Shown here one piece after another: positions 52,301 through 62,572 of a stretch of 64,000 nt of DNA. The DNA is from Trypanosoma brucei (Eukaryota). A program made the translations under genes and the position numbers. How positions within the stretch are numbered: the stretch's first letter is position 1; every line of letters begins with the position of its first letter. The stretch spans positions 1,472,001 through 1,536,000 of the forward strand of contig CP000066.1 in the NCBI GenBank assembly GCA_000002445.1, read 5' to 3'. The notes under the pieces are model-generated. The model ran no database searches. It had not been told where the DNA came from and worked only from the letters and a program-made list of their open reading frames with translations.

Positions 52301-53891
52301 CGCCGACGTTAATATTGGAACTGGTGATGCCGTAACAGCGGCAGATGTTGAAGCTGTGATGCTGAAGTGCATGGAAAGTTATTGGCCACCGTACGCCGGA
52401 ATGGCACTGCCTGCTCCTACAAAGGGCGCAGAACAGAGACGCAGCCTTGCGGAGCGCGCCTTACGAGTAGCGGGGGAGCATACAACCGGTTTTGTGCTGC
52501 CGAGGGAAGCAGCGCGATATGTTGGAATATCTCCTTTAACTGACCGGTGTGATGTTTACCAGTGTCAGCGGTGCAATGATGGATTGATGGAGCGTATGCT
52601 ACCTGAATATGTGCTGAAATGCGGTCGTTGTCACTACAATGCAGAATTTGACTTACAGTCGCAACCTGAGACGCACCACGCATGTGCAGTGTATCAGTTT
52701 TCCGTTGTCTGTGGATTGTTAGATGCTTTTTCACATTTTGAGAGCCTGAAGAAGGCATTTGTGCCTTTAGAGTGTCGGGGCGTGCTGCACGCTCTGAGGC
52801 GACTCCGTCAGTTGTCGAAGGTATACACTCCAAAAGAGTTTATTTCCAGTGTGCTGCGTTTTGGAGTGGAGAGTTTTTTGCAGGAGTTGCCAGAGCCGAC
52901 GCTTGGTCTTCTGCGCTTACAATGCGGGGCTAAAGATGTTGATACTTTGAAGGATATCCTCTTATCGGATTCCAGTTTCGCATTGTCCAACTGTGTTCAC
53001 ACGCATGTGCGGCAGATGCTGATAAACTGGTTGAAGTCGAACACAGTAGCAAGTAGTGGGATGCACATTGTTACAATGCCGGAGGCGCTTATTATACTGG
53101 CACTTCAGCTCTTAGGTAAAAGATACAAGGGGGAGAATGGATTTGCCAAAGATGTACTCTCTGAGGCACAAAGCGGTAATCTTTGCGGTAACGCGGCGTT
53201 GCTGCGGTTCGTATGTGACGCAGTTGTGAAGCTCAAATACATCGAGCGGTTGTTGGAACGCCCTCTCACACGTGCAACTTTAGACGCTTTTATGATGGAC
53301 TACGCAACGCCTAGCGGCGGAAGTAGTGAAAGTGAGGGTAGCAAACCTGACGAGCAGTTGAACGGACAGGAGAAGTCTGATGATGAGGAATCAAAAGTGG
53401 ACGAAGAAGATGAGGAAATGCATTCGCTCTCGACAAACAGTGCTTCTTCCCCCTCATTTCGTCCTGACTCGAGGAAACGGCAGCGCTCTCCTTCCCTTTG
53501 CATGTCCGAGGCCACCGTCTTGTCAACAGTGCAGTCATCCTCCTATTCATCATGTTATCCTGGAGGTGAATCGTTGGAGACATCTGTCAGTGAAGATCGG
53601 GCGGAGTCCGTCGCCTACGAAGCAATGGAGGAAGGTGACATACAGATGGTGCGATCTGCTCACTTCTGGGCATCACACTGTGAAGTATATGGAATCAGCA
53701 GCACGGAGACCCATACTATTCAAATAGACGGTGAAGGATGTACTGCGAATGTGCTACATCCACCTCCTAACAGCTTCTGGGCACGTGAAGTCCATGGAGC
53801 AACACACGACGGAATGCGGATATCCAGTGTGATTGATCTGTTTCTTGAGAAATTATTCGTATTATCTGCTTCGGTGCGCGTCATCAAGTAG
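49398..53891 (+). CDS. SNF2-family ATPase, ATRX/ARIP4(RAD54L2)-like subfamily, with long S/E/D-rich C-terminal extension
   Basis: Motif I GCIVGHSMGLGKT (the GCIxAHxMGLGKT hallmark of the ATRX/ARIP4 group), motif II VVFDESHRFK, motif III LTGTPLQN, motif V/VI GVGINLVAANHCILFDVSWNP...QATYRLYRYGQRRPVTIYR. Confidence 0.85.
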   Translation: MKGNDNDCNAADPEVSQLVIPPELERALHAHQISALHFMWRKLVDNGIERVIRQSRGAPLTDRVRLYQEVFGCIVGHSMGLGKTITALSFLLLLQKHYATSDNVSSKHKVTDSSEASEDEDTAGAPVTASCIRVLVLTPRSCTYHWQSSAEQWMSSSLFGGTQLPLYVPLGNSATDALVLKHYHEGGALLLGYEEYNKLVSRAREVAGGGQSYSRVHSIFDRSRPPLPLTRQVVMSEMLESFDVVVFDESHRFKRPKSRLVTALKQSLHAVQLRIALTGTPLQNHLEEYGVMHSVVTGGAFDLAPFRRLFAIPIERGQCADSTYEQYLEMQKCVASLRRFFSTTVHPCGPEVLKRDLPERREYLILVGLSPQQEDAYRSLLRQFFPDMNKGVILNLHHKASHICCHAMMDNQLVQVLCQSVYVDENGRETHSNLGAGRGVQTPGKDSVTDDCDSESRESSRDESEFSGDISSSSSSTSSSASDLKGQSQANTSKENASVDIWLKRLRIDESPKLNLTLSLLRYISEDLREKVVLFSTYKSHLYLLMFLLRQRGVVSEVLHGGVEVKERQLIIDRFSVDPSLRVLLCSTKALGVGINLVAANHCILFDVSWNPSDDTQATYRLYRYGQRRPVTIYRIATEGTFEHVVFFYALSKSWIHKKIVDVSDPARYDRHVKENYFIYPCPLPVDFEQVDGKPEVRTKLPNGEALQKKWRDYASLHCPSLLHTARDGTFAWIRAITEYSFLVRDSTEEAIREMGLRFEAERRKPLMPVVIEKVMGGSRPVQEKTGNTMQRCEPSLQVCLSGCADQLVSMASQGQAHHEEVQRHVADVSKQEMEKRLTCLLAKVLGVPEPAGGLVEVVTLIFHLGVDHVMQETLNKAPYAKLRSVLNARVLNSKLSEKSLQNSLKFKPFTLFAIMAPTEVTYTLTELGFNRPFAPHCTLVGVRCALRSNNISRDTLQELYNLLASASADVNIGTGDAVTAADVEAVMLKCMESYWPPYAGMALPAPTKGAEQRRSLAERALRVAGEHTTGFVLPREAARYVGISPLTDRCDVYQCQRCNDGLMERMLPEYVLKCGRCHYNAEFDLQSQPETHHACAVYQFSVVCGLLDAFSHFESLKKAFVPLECRGVLHALRRLRQLSKVYTPKEFISSVLRFGVESFLQELPEPTLGLLRLQCGAKDVDTLKDILLSDSSFALSNCVHTHVRQMLINWLKSNTVASSGMHIVTMPEALIILALQLLGKRYKGENGFAKDVLSEAQSGNLCGNAALLRFVCDAVVKLKYIERLLERPLTRATLDAFMMDYATPSGGSSESEGSKPDEQLNGQEKSDDEESKVDEEDEEMHSLSTNSASSPSFRPDSRKRQRSPSLCMSEATVLSTVQSSSYSSCYPGGESLETSVSEDRAESVAYEAMEEGDIQMVRSAHFWASHCEVYGISSTETHTIQIDGEGCTANVLHPPPNSFWAREVHGATHDGMRISSVIDLFLEKLFVLSASVRVIK

Positions 53892-54193
53892 AAGCGTCTT
53901 GAACTCGTTCAGTAAAACTTTTCGCTTTTTCGGTGTTTTGTTCAGGTGTGATTACCTGATTTTTATCTGGTGAACTTCTTCGTGTTGCCGCCCTTTGTCA
54001 AAGCTGCCTCTTTACAGTTTTTTTTATTTTCACGATTATTCGCTGTTGTCTTGTGATATACTGTGACGATCTAATTAATTATTATTATTACTTTCTTATC
54101 ATGGTGTCATATAATTGTTTACATTATTGTCGTTCCATCTTTCCACTATCGTCAACTCTGCCGTGTTGTGTACTTATGTCCGTGAGTTAGTTA

Positions 54194-56926
54194 TTGGGTA
54201 GGACTAGCGAAGGAGAGGGCATAGCGATGAGTGATTACGGAGATTCTTTTGATAGCAGCGCGTCGAGCAGTACAACAACTCCTTCGTCATCGCTAACTTC
54301 AGCGTCTTCTTCGCAACAGGAGAGTGAGAAGGCAACATCGGATACTAAAGAGTTAACATCCGTTGTATCTCCACTTGCTGCGTTGCCTGTGCCTTTACCA
54401 CTCCCAGTTCCCGTCGCAGCTCCAGTTCCTGCACCAGTGCTAAGTCCTCAACCAGCTTCTGGAGTGTCTTCGGAGGTTACTGCTGCGGATGCGCCAACCT
54501 TAAAACCTACTGATAACTTGCCCACTCCCGATATCGCTGCAGCACCTCGCGAAGCCGTCGACTCGCAGGAGCCACCGATGCGCAGCCCAAGAAATTCGAC
54601 GGCGTCCAAAACGCTCGTTAACACGAGCGATTCTGCGTACGAGGCACCGGGGGGTGATCTCGCTGCGGCAGATACAGTGGCTTATAAGCGTCTTACGTCC
54701 TATGTGGCATTCAACCAGAGTTCTGATGGATCAGTAGCTGCTGAATGCGCAAACACCTCTAGTTTTAGCGGAAAGCGGGAAGCAAGTGCTGATGATGATA
54801 CGAAGGTACCCAAGATGGATGAACCCACGGGTCCGGTAGCTACTCTAGAAGAAAATTCAGAAACAGCAACCGCAGCCGGAGTTGAGGAATCATCTACAGT
54901 CGACGGCAGTAGCGCTTTCAGCACTCTGTCACAGCACTTAAGCAAGACAGTTACGCACGCAAAGTTGTGTGCCGAAATGGCGTCAGTTACGAAGGGTCCC
55001 AGTGACGAAGTACGGACAGGTGGTGATGGTGTCATGCATCCATCTGGAGACGGCGGGGGGCCGATGATCACGGCGAACGTACCTGCAGCTGCAACCACGA
55101 TGCTGAAACCTTTGATGTCACTACCGCCTCTGCCATCAGCAGCGGAGAGTATGACTCTAAAGGCGGATTTTCCACTGCCCTCAACGTCCCCGTCCCCTGA
55201 TGGACTTATCCCTGAGCGTATTGCATTCGCAGCACAGTCGATTCAAAGCATGCCAATACCTCCACCGTTGCCTCCTGCTCCACTTTCAGGCATTAAATCA
55301 GGAATGATGCCGAGCCTGGATAACGCTCCCGCATCAAGCTTCTACCTGCCGCCGCCACCGCTGGCCCAATCGCGGGAGCCACCGGTGAACAATAAAATCG
55401 TAGAGCTTCGAGAAACCTCCGAAGCAGTGGAAAAATTGGTGCGGGCGTTTGCTCTCTTGCGTGGCCATAACCCCACCGGCTCTAGGGGAGCTGCTGCCGA
55501 CATTTCTGAGGTATCCTTCGCGCCCAATGAACTTGCACGGATGTCGAGTCTGCGCCAAGAACATGGCGTGGGTGACTCGGCCACGATAAAGACTTCCCAA
55601 ACGCACCGTCGCCGCCCGTTGCGGAGCGGTATGCCAAAAACGCACGTGGAAGAAAGTGATGAGAACCAGAAGGCGTCACAACAGATAAATGAAGCGGCAG
55701 TGGAAGAGGCTGTCTTGAGTCTTGTAATGGAGATGATGCAGCAAGATCCTCAACAAATGTCCAAAGCAAGTAGTAGTCGCCGCTTTCTTCAACCAGCATG
55801 TGAATTGATTGGAATGGATGATTTTCGCTATTCGCACCATCGGAGCTCAAAACGGCAGCGGGGCCCGCGGCCACAGGCGGCCCCACTCTCAGTATTTGGG
55901 GGTGGAATGCAGGCGTTCGCGCCTGATGATGATGGGGCGGCTGAAAGTTTATACAATAGTGTCATAGAAGCTTTGGGTAAGTATGTATGGTCACATGTGG
56001 AAGAATCATCGCTGCGAGGCGAGAGACCGACCTTTCCCCCTGTAAGCGCCCACTGTGCCATAGCTTTGCAACTAGATCTTTTATCGGTTTGTTTGCAGGT
56101 GATTGAGACCCGACTTACCCACCGTGGTAATGTTGCGGATGGACCCGTATGGATCCAGTATGACGGCCCCCGTGAATCCGAACCTCTTGCTCGAAACGCC
56201 GCTCACTGCCTTCCGTTTGAATCTATTGACGTAAAGACAAGTCGACGACCCGTCTTCCGTTTAGAGTATTGGGTGACCCGTGAGAACATGTGGGCAGTTG
56301 CAGAGGCACTCGTCTCTTCTGTTCGTGGTGGGATCCTTGATGGCGGTGACGGTTACGGCGTATTCAATGCAAAGAGTACTACATACGTGGACCCCGATAC
56401 ATTATTCCCTACTCGTGTACCATATTTTTCATTACTTCCAGGGGACTCGTCTCGCCCACCGCGTGAGGAATGCTCACCGTCGCCTGGGAAGAAGTTTTTT
56501 ACAAACACAAGAAGAAGCGACAAGGATAGCGAGGATGAGGCAACAGATAAGCCATGTGCAGAGCATTTCCACCTTGAACCACCTGCACTTCAAGCTATTG
56601 CCCATGCAGTTTCTACTGTTGGAACTGAGATTCTCGAAGAAAACATCAACGCTGCGCGAGGTGACTACAAACAAAATTACGGCGATGCAACATGCGCTGT
56701 GGTGGAAGCTGTGCGTGAGCTACTGGAGGACGCAAACATTCGTGCTGCGGTACGGCGCCGTGCCAAGGCGAAGATGAAAGATATCGCTCAGCGCCGTGAG
56801 GTGGAGGGGCAGCTGAGTCGTGAGGAAAAGGAACGTTCTATTATTGCCGCGGCTGAGGCGGAAGCCGAGCAGGTGGTACAGAGGATCTTGCAAGAACTGC
56901 GTGTTGAAGAGGCAAGGAATGTGTAA
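54194..56926 (+). CDS. hypothetical protein with A/P/S/T-rich low-complexity N-terminal half and structured C-terminal half
   Basis: 910-aa uninterrupted ORF on the cluster strand, protein-like composition. No recognisable domain. Confidence 0.5.
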   Translation: MGRTSEGEGIAMSDYGDSFDSSASSSTTTPSSSLTSASSSQQESEKATSDTKELTSVVSPLAALPVPLPLPVPVAAPVPAPVLSPQPASGVSSEVTAADAPTLKPTDNLPTPDIAAAPREAVDSQEPPMRSPRNSTASKTLVNTSDSAYEAPGGDLAAADTVAYKRLTSYVAFNQSSDGSVAAECANTSSFSGKREASADDDTKVPKMDEPTGPVATLEENSETATAAGVEESSTVDGSSAFSTLSQHLSKTVTHAKLCAEMASVTKGPSDEVRTGGDGVMHPSGDGGGPMITANVPAAATTMLKPLMSLPPLPSAAESMTLKADFPLPSTSPSPDGLIPERIAFAAQSIQSMPIPPPLPPAPLSGIKSGMMPSLDNAPASSFYLPPPPLAQSREPPVNNKIVELRETSEAVEKLVRAFALLRGHNPTGSRGAAADISEVSFAPNELARMSSLRQEHGVGDSATIKTSQTHRRRPLRSGMPKTHVEESDENQKASQQINEAAVEEAVLSLVMEMMQQDPQQMSKASSSRRFLQPACELIGMDDFRYSHHRSSKRQRGPRPQAAPLSVFGGGMQAFAPDDDGAAESLYNSVIEALGKYVWSHVEESSLRGERPTFPPVSAHCAIALQLDLLSVCLQVIETRLTHRGNVADGPVWIQYDGPRESEPLARNAAHCLPFESIDVKTSRRPVFRLEYWVTRENMWAVAEALVSSVRGGILDGGDGYGVFNAKSTTYVDPDTLFPTRVPYFSLLPGDSSRPPREECSPSPGKKFFTNTRRSDKDSEDEATDKPCAEHFHLEPPALQAIAHAVSTVGTEILEENINAARGDYKQNYGDATCAVVEAVRELLEDANIRAAVRRRAKAKMKDIAQRREVEGQLSREEKERSIIAAAEAEAEQVVQRILQELRVEEARNV

Positions 56927-57807
56927 CATAAGAAAAAACACGGTGTTCTCGACTCTTCTTGACGATGCTCCGTTACTAGCGCACATTAATAACACTTTCT
57001 TGCATATATATACATATTTGTGTGCGCAACTCAATCCATGTGCTGACCCCAGCATTTTTGCGAAGGTGCCAGTTGATTCTTAATATCATCTATCGGTATG
57101 TATACGCGTGCGTGTTTGTGTGGAACCGTCTTCTTGTTCATATTGGCTGTTGTTATTTGTATTTTTGGACGTGGGAGGGAAGAAATGGTGTTGACTTACA
57201 TTATTGGTTTTTTTGTATGGTAAATATTCGCACCGGTGAGGTGGTTATCTACGTGATGTGTTTTTGTAGGTGCTTTCCCCCTTTCACTGAACAGTTCATT
57301 ATCCAAAAAAAAAACTCTTATACCCGCGCTACTGCCTCCGAACAACAGAAGTTTTGGCGATTGACATTCTCCCACTTGTACACAGGTACACGCGCGCACG
57401 TATATTTGTATTAACACGTACAAAGAGTATTTTCCTCCCGAAAAGTACAGTGGATTAAACCTGCCGCTTGCTTGAAGTGAAGTTAAAGTGCTGGAGAGGG
57501 TAAGGAGGTATTCACTTTGGATTTACGGGAAACTCAAAGCGCCCAGCACACTGGAACTCCCAGAACTGTAATTATCAAACGAAAAGATCGTCGAAGTAAT
57601 TTGATACAAACAGGAAGTGGCATTACATCAGACGAGCGGCCAGTACCTGCGTGCAACTCAGTCAAGTGGAAAATTCTTTGTGTGAAGGTAAAGGAAGGGA
57701 TCAAAAAAAAAAAAAAAAGAGGAATACTGTGTAAAGGTCCGTGTGCTCTTGTGGGTTGTTTGGTCGTGGTAGCAGTTGACGTTTCGAGCACACGGTGTTA
57801 AATCTCC

Positions 57808-59373
57808 ATGGAGGGCCGCAAGGGAAAAACCTCGCAGTTACGAGGAGGACCTAAGCATGGCCATCCAAGTGGGAGCAGATCCAACCTTCGCTCGCGTCAA
57901 AGGGATGGAAACCGACACTGGTCTCCTTCACACCGCGACTCACGTGACTACAAGAAGCGGTTTCGCAGTCCGTCTCCAAACAGTGGAAGTGTGAGCCGTA
58001 GTAGCAGCCGGGGAAGCGCTTCCTACAGCGGTAGTAGTGTCAGCGACAGTTACAGCAGTGACAGTAGCGCACGCTTTGATTTCAGGCGCCGGCGCTGGTC
58101 ACCGAGCCACCGCAGTGGTGGAACTGCGGGAGCGTTGTCATATTCCAAAGGGTATGATGTAGGGGATAGTGATGCAGTGTTAGATCACCCTACTACAGAT
58201 TGGGTTTGTGGTGTGTGTAGCAACCCCAATTCTGTGAACCGTGAGGACTGTTACAGGTGCGGAGCCACTTTCTCCGCTAGTGTAAATGCAGTCCCCAGTG
58301 AAGAAGTTAAGGTTTCCAATATTCCAAACGGGGTGACTTTTGCGGATATTGGACAGAGACTTGGTGAATACTTTTCGCAGTACGGTGACACGTGCCGTAT
58401 TATTGCCCACGATATGGATAATGTTGATACTGACGAAAGTGGTGGAAGTGCTTACTTATTATTTGAAGGTGTGGTTGAGGCTACGAAGGCGTTGACGTAC
58501 GCCCGCTCAGCGTTGCTTTTGGGTGACATTCGGTGCCCCATGGAGTTTTCGCTGCAGGGACGCGCAAAAAAGAAATTGAATGACGTATGGGAAAGAAATG
58601 GTGAAGGTAGTGATGATCGGCGTGGTGGTGTCAGTCTATTACCTGCTCCACCACCTGCTGTTGAGGGTCTCCCAGATGATTTGCAACCCGCCGTATGGAA
58701 ACCTGTGGAAAACTTCCCTTCCGTAGAGGCAGAAATGAATTATTTGGATATGCTTTCGCATCACTGGTCAAAGCTATCTCAAGCGCAAAAAGACTACTAT
58801 GATGAAGGTGTGCGTAGGGCTCTTGCTGCTCAACGTCGAAAGCAACCTTCGCAGCAAGTGACCGAAACCTCCGCTACATCTAGGGGAGAAACTAATACTG
58901 TTAATGCGCCTACCTCGAGTGGTAACCCATCACCACAAGGCAACGGATCGTCACTTGAGAGTATCAAGAAGCGCTTAGAAGAGAAGAAAAAGTCAATGCA
59001 AAACGTAACGGAGGTTCCAAAAGTTGCCGCGTCACTGAAAGAGCGATTGGCGATGAAAAAAGCCCAACTATCATCAGCAGCCAAGCCAGGAAATGCAACA
59101 GAGTCTGATGCCGTTGGTTCAACTACGGCGGTGTCCTCAACTTTCTCACCACCGTCTACAGCATCAGTCCTCCCACCATCACAAAAGGAATCCGCAGCGT
59201 CACAACAACACTTATTCTTTGGGATCCCGATACCCCCCAGATTCCCTGCCAAAACGGATTATTTATTGAATTCCAAGTCGCTCCCCGCTCGCGCCGGTGT
59301 GATATTCCGTTACGTACCCCCGGCGGTGGCGGAGCGTATTTTGCAGCCCCCACTGCTACCGCATTCCTCCTGA
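57808..59373 (+). CDS. RNA-binding protein with N-terminal RS/SR-rich domain, RanBP2-type zinc finger and RRM-like region (putative splicing regulator)
   Basis: RS dipeptide-rich N-terminus (RSRQRD...RSPSPNSGSVSRSSSRGS). ZnF_RBZ motif WVCGVCSNPNSVNREDCYRCGA (W-x-C-x2-C-x3-N-x6-C-x2-C). Following segment VKVSNIPNGVTFADIGQRLGEYFSQYGD...AYLLFEGVVEATKAL looks RRM-like. Confidence 0.65.
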   Translation: MEGRKGKTSQLRGGPKHGHPSGSRSNLRSRQRDGNRHWSPSHRDSRDYKKRFRSPSPNSGSVSRSSSRGSASYSGSSVSDSYSSDSSARFDFRRRRWSPSHRSGGTAGALSYSKGYDVGDSDAVLDHPTTDWVCGVCSNPNSVNREDCYRCGATFSASVNAVPSEEVKVSNIPNGVTFADIGQRLGEYFSQYGDTCRIIAHDMDNVDTDESGGSAYLLFEGVVEATKALTYARSALLLGDIRCPMEFSLQGRAKKKLNDVWERNGEGSDDRRGGVSLLPAPPPAVEGLPDDLQPAVWKPVENFPSVEAEMNYLDMLSHHWSKLSQAQKDYYDEGVRRALAAQRRKQPSQQVTETSATSRGETNTVNAPTSSGNPSPQGNGSSLESIKKRLEEKKKSMQNVTEVPKVAASLKERLAMKKAQLSSAAKPGNATESDAVGSTTAVSSTFSPPSTASVLPPSQKESAASQQHLFFGIPIPPRFPAKTDYLLNSKSLPARAGVIFRYVPPAVAERILQPPLLPHSS

Positions 59374-59820
59374 TGGCTCATACTTGGTGTCCCTTCCACT
59401 TATTATTATTACTATTATTTTCTCTTCTCCTTCTGGTTTGACGTTACTTCACGGAACACACAAACGCAAACATGCGCAGACATTTTTACCCGTGTGCCAA
59501 TACGGATGGATAACACGTGTTGCAGTAACTGCGTTATCTTCCTTCCCGTGGCTGCGATTTGTCCCATTTTGCCTTCGGTTCGTTGTTTGACCCGTAGTTT
59601 CTCCCATCACTCGTGCCTAAAGTTCACCTTATTCTTTTTTGCTATTTTAACACAGCGTACATAGACCAGAAGGGGGAGCTATTGTTATTATTGTCATTTT
59701 TTTTTTCGTGAAAAAGAAAAGAGAGGAGGATAATAACTTAATAGGGAGTAATTGGAGAAAAGGGAGGGTAGGTGGACGTGGTACCGTAAAGCATTTTTGA
59801 AAGAATTGTAAGACTTCAGG

Positions 59821-60348
59821 ATGACTGGGCGGAAGCGTGTTATGTGGGATGAAAAGAACCTCGAAGACAACGAGGAATATCGACGTACTCATCCCGTCAC
59901 GATGCACATAACAGAACCAAAAACACCGTTTCAGTATCCCGAGGACGAGGAAGATTTTGAAGAAGCATTAGAGAGAAATGATGACGGCGGTGGTGATGAG
60001 GTTGAAAACGGTGGTACGTGGGACCCAAAAGTAAATGAACTCGCACGACAAGTTCGAGAGGAGTTTCGCAAGGAGGCGCCTGTGGTGGTGGCGCCAGTGG
60101 CTCCAAGCGGGCGACCGATGTTGTCAGATGAAGTTGTGAGCGGTGAGGCGTTGGAAAAACAGCGGGCAGCTGAGTTCAAAACTATGCGCAAAGCTGTTTA
60201 TGCGGACGAGGGGGCGCGAGTAAAGGCACTGTTAGGCAAAGGCAACACCTTTGATGATGATGGTGATGATGGTGATGATAATAACGAGGAGGAGGAGGGA
60301 GAGGAAGGGAAGAAGGCGGAGGATAGCAATGGCATAGGTGAAAAGTAA
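59821..60348 (+). CDS. protein phosphatase 1 inhibitor-2 (IPP-2) homologue
   Basis: MWDEKNLEDNEEYRRTHPVTMHITEPKTPFQYPEDEED aligns to the human I-2 core [31 protein letters not shown]...DDED. EFKTMRKAVYADEG aligns to QFEMKRKLHYNEG. Acidic D/E-rich C-terminus. Confidence 0.6.
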   Translation: MTGRKRVMWDEKNLEDNEEYRRTHPVTMHITEPKTPFQYPEDEEDFEEALERNDDGGGDEVENGGTWDPKVNELARQVREEFRKEAPVVVAPVAPSGRPMLSDEVVSGEALEKQRAAEFKTMRKAVYADEGARVKALLGKGNTFDDDGDDGDDNNEEEEGEEGKKAEDSNGIGEK

Positions 60349-60467
60349 CTTGGACATATGAGAGGTCAGATCGGTATTTAACTTACCACCTTCCCCTGTA
60401 TATTTTCCCCTTGTGAACAAAGGTGTTCCCTCTGACTCATGTTTTCCTTCCGGATGAGATGTGCATG

Positions 60468-60494
60468 TATATATATATATATATATATATATAT
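60468..60494. repeat. (AT)13 microsatellite
   Basis: Direct reading. Confidence 0.95.
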
Positions 60495-61108
60495 GGTAAT
60501 CATGCACAAGACGGTCGTGATGGTTTTTTTGTCAACGGAGTAATTAACAATCTTTTCTTAGGCGGCGCTTCTAATTCTGTTTTGCTTACTCGTTTATTTA
60601 CCTCTATGTGCCGAGTTGTGCAGCTAGTATAAACCTTTCACTGTGTGAGTACTTCTATCTATCTATATGTATATATATACATATATAGATAGATAGCGAT
60701 TTGTATGGGCATGCATGCCGATTGGAATATGCGTAACTGTTTCTCTGAAGATGCCCCGTTACGGGGATGAGAAAGTGTGTATAGGGACGCGCAATGCCGC
60801 CAATTGACTTCATTTGTTTTTTCGTTCATTTTTATCTTTTCCCACCTGTTTTTCCTCCGCTCTTAATGTGTTCTACTTGAAGAAGAGAACGTTTGAGCGA
60901 AGAAGTGCCACATCGGGCTATCACCCTTGTTCATCATTTAGCTGTTGAAACAAAAAAAAGGGGGCATTTCCCTCTCTGGTCGGTATTTCCGCTGTTGCAT
61001 GTGATGTATTTCATTATTTGTCTCCTTTTTTTTTCCCCTCATATGTCTCTCCTCTGGTGTAATGAGGGGTTTGCTAGTGGTGAAGGGAAAAGTTGATTTC
61101 CGTATCCG

Positions 61109-62572
61109 ATGTTTAGTGCTAAGAGAAAGGATGTGGCCGAGGCACTCATAGGTTTTTTACACGCCATCTTCACTAGCTTTTACGTGGATGTTTTTATTGG
61201 GCAATACGTTTTGGTAGGCGACCGTGATGAAAACATGGGGCCTACGCACGACAATGGTAATCACATCGATAGAACTATTAGTAGTAGACGCAGCGACGGG
61301 GGTGCGATATGGTACCTTGCGCTGACGCAGTTACTGTACTTTTTTTTGCTTCTGAAAAATAGTGTTATCTTCAGGCAACATGCCAGCACGGCTACATTTT
61401 CGTCGTTTCCCCTGCGACGGTTGTCTTCGTTGCCAGTGTGCGGAACTTTATTGTCCTTTTGTTTTGCATTAATGTGGTTCCCTCTCGATCTGCCGTTTCT
61501 CAACGCAGCTACATCGTTTACGCTGTTAACGGCTGCTTATCAGGCACTATTTGCTCGTTGCAGGAAATTTGTGGATGCCCTTTCGAGAAGTTCGCTAAGG
61601 CGTCCGGAGGGTAATATCGCCTGTACGCTTTTTGCGGCAGTAGGCGTGGCCGTGGCGTGTTGGCTCCACGGCATTCCCAACAATCCACAACCAATGCGGT
61701 GCTTCACAACCTTTTGTGCGGTTAGCGGGGCCGTCGGTTTTTTTGCTTGTGGTCGCCAGAAATCGCATTCGAACTCGTGTTTTGGAACTGACATTACGGA
61801 AGGTGATGACGGGGACGTGCTGCAGGAAGCGGTGTGGTTTGTACAACAGACCATGCTCCGCAGCAGCATGAAGGTTGCTTTGCTGTTGTGGATGTTTCAG
61901 GGATACAATGGCTTGATTGCTACGAGTTTCATTAGCGTGTTTCTTACTGCTTGCCACGATACAATTCCGCTTCCTCTTCGAGGGTTGTTGCTGTTTATCG
62001 TTTTCGTATTGCCGCAGGGGACAGACACGGTTTTGGCGTCATTCAAAAGGGTGGTTGGAAAGAAGCGCCTTGTCGCCCTTCTTCTTGCATTGCTAGCGTT
62101 CATTGGCTTTTTGTTTATCCTCGTGGCATTGCGGGATCACTTGTTTATTTTACACATGAGCCCAACAGCATCCACGTTGTCTTTTGCGGTCCTGCTTGTT
62201 ATGCATCGGCTGATGATTGATACATTGAGTCGTGTCCAAAGTTGGGTCCTCCGCGATGTGGTGGAGGAAGACACAGTTATTTTCTGTCGCCCCAAGCCAA
62301 TGACGGCAAATGTGCAATTGCTACTTGATAGTGCTTCTCAACTTGTGCAGTGCGTGGCACTGGTTCTAACTTCCCTCCATTTAGTGAGCGTTTCAAGCGG
62401 GAAAAGCGTAAAACCATTCAAAGCCGCGTGGGTCGTGGGTTGCCCGACTTTAGTAATGTCAGTAGTGATGTTGTTGATTTGGGTGCGATGGTACAACTTG
62501 GAAGGTTCACATTTGCAGTTTGTGAAGATGGCAATGCGGAAGCGTGCGGACGGGTCCGATCCAGTTGTTTAA
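61109..62572 (+). CDS. hypothetical polytopic membrane protein (about 10 predicted TM helices)
   Basis: Multiple 18-23-residue hydrophobic segments through the 487-aa ORF. Same strand as neighbours. No motif recognised. Confidence 0.5.
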   Translation: MFSAKRKDVAEALIGFLHAIFTSFYVDVFIGQYVLVGDRDENMGPTHDNGNHIDRTISSRRSDGGAIWYLALTQLLYFFLLLKNSVIFRQHASTATFSSFPLRRLSSLPVCGTLLSFCFALMWFPLDLPFLNAATSFTLLTAAYQALFARCRKFVDALSRSSLRRPEGNIACTLFAAVGVAVACWLHGIPNNPQPMRCFTTFCAVSGAVGFFACGRQKSHSNSCFGTDITEGDDGDVLQEAVWFVQQTMLRSSMKVALLLWMFQGYNGLIATSFISVFLTACHDTIPLPLRGLLLFIVFVLPQGTDTVLASFKRVVGKKRLVALLLALLAFIGFLFILVALRDHLFILHMSPTASTLSFAVLLVMHRLMIDTLSRVQSWVLRDVVEEDTVIFCRPKPMTANVQLLLDSASQLVQCVALVLTSLHLVSVSSGKSVKPFKAAWVVGCPTLVMSVVMLLIWVRWYNLEGSHLQFVKMAMRKRADGSDPVV

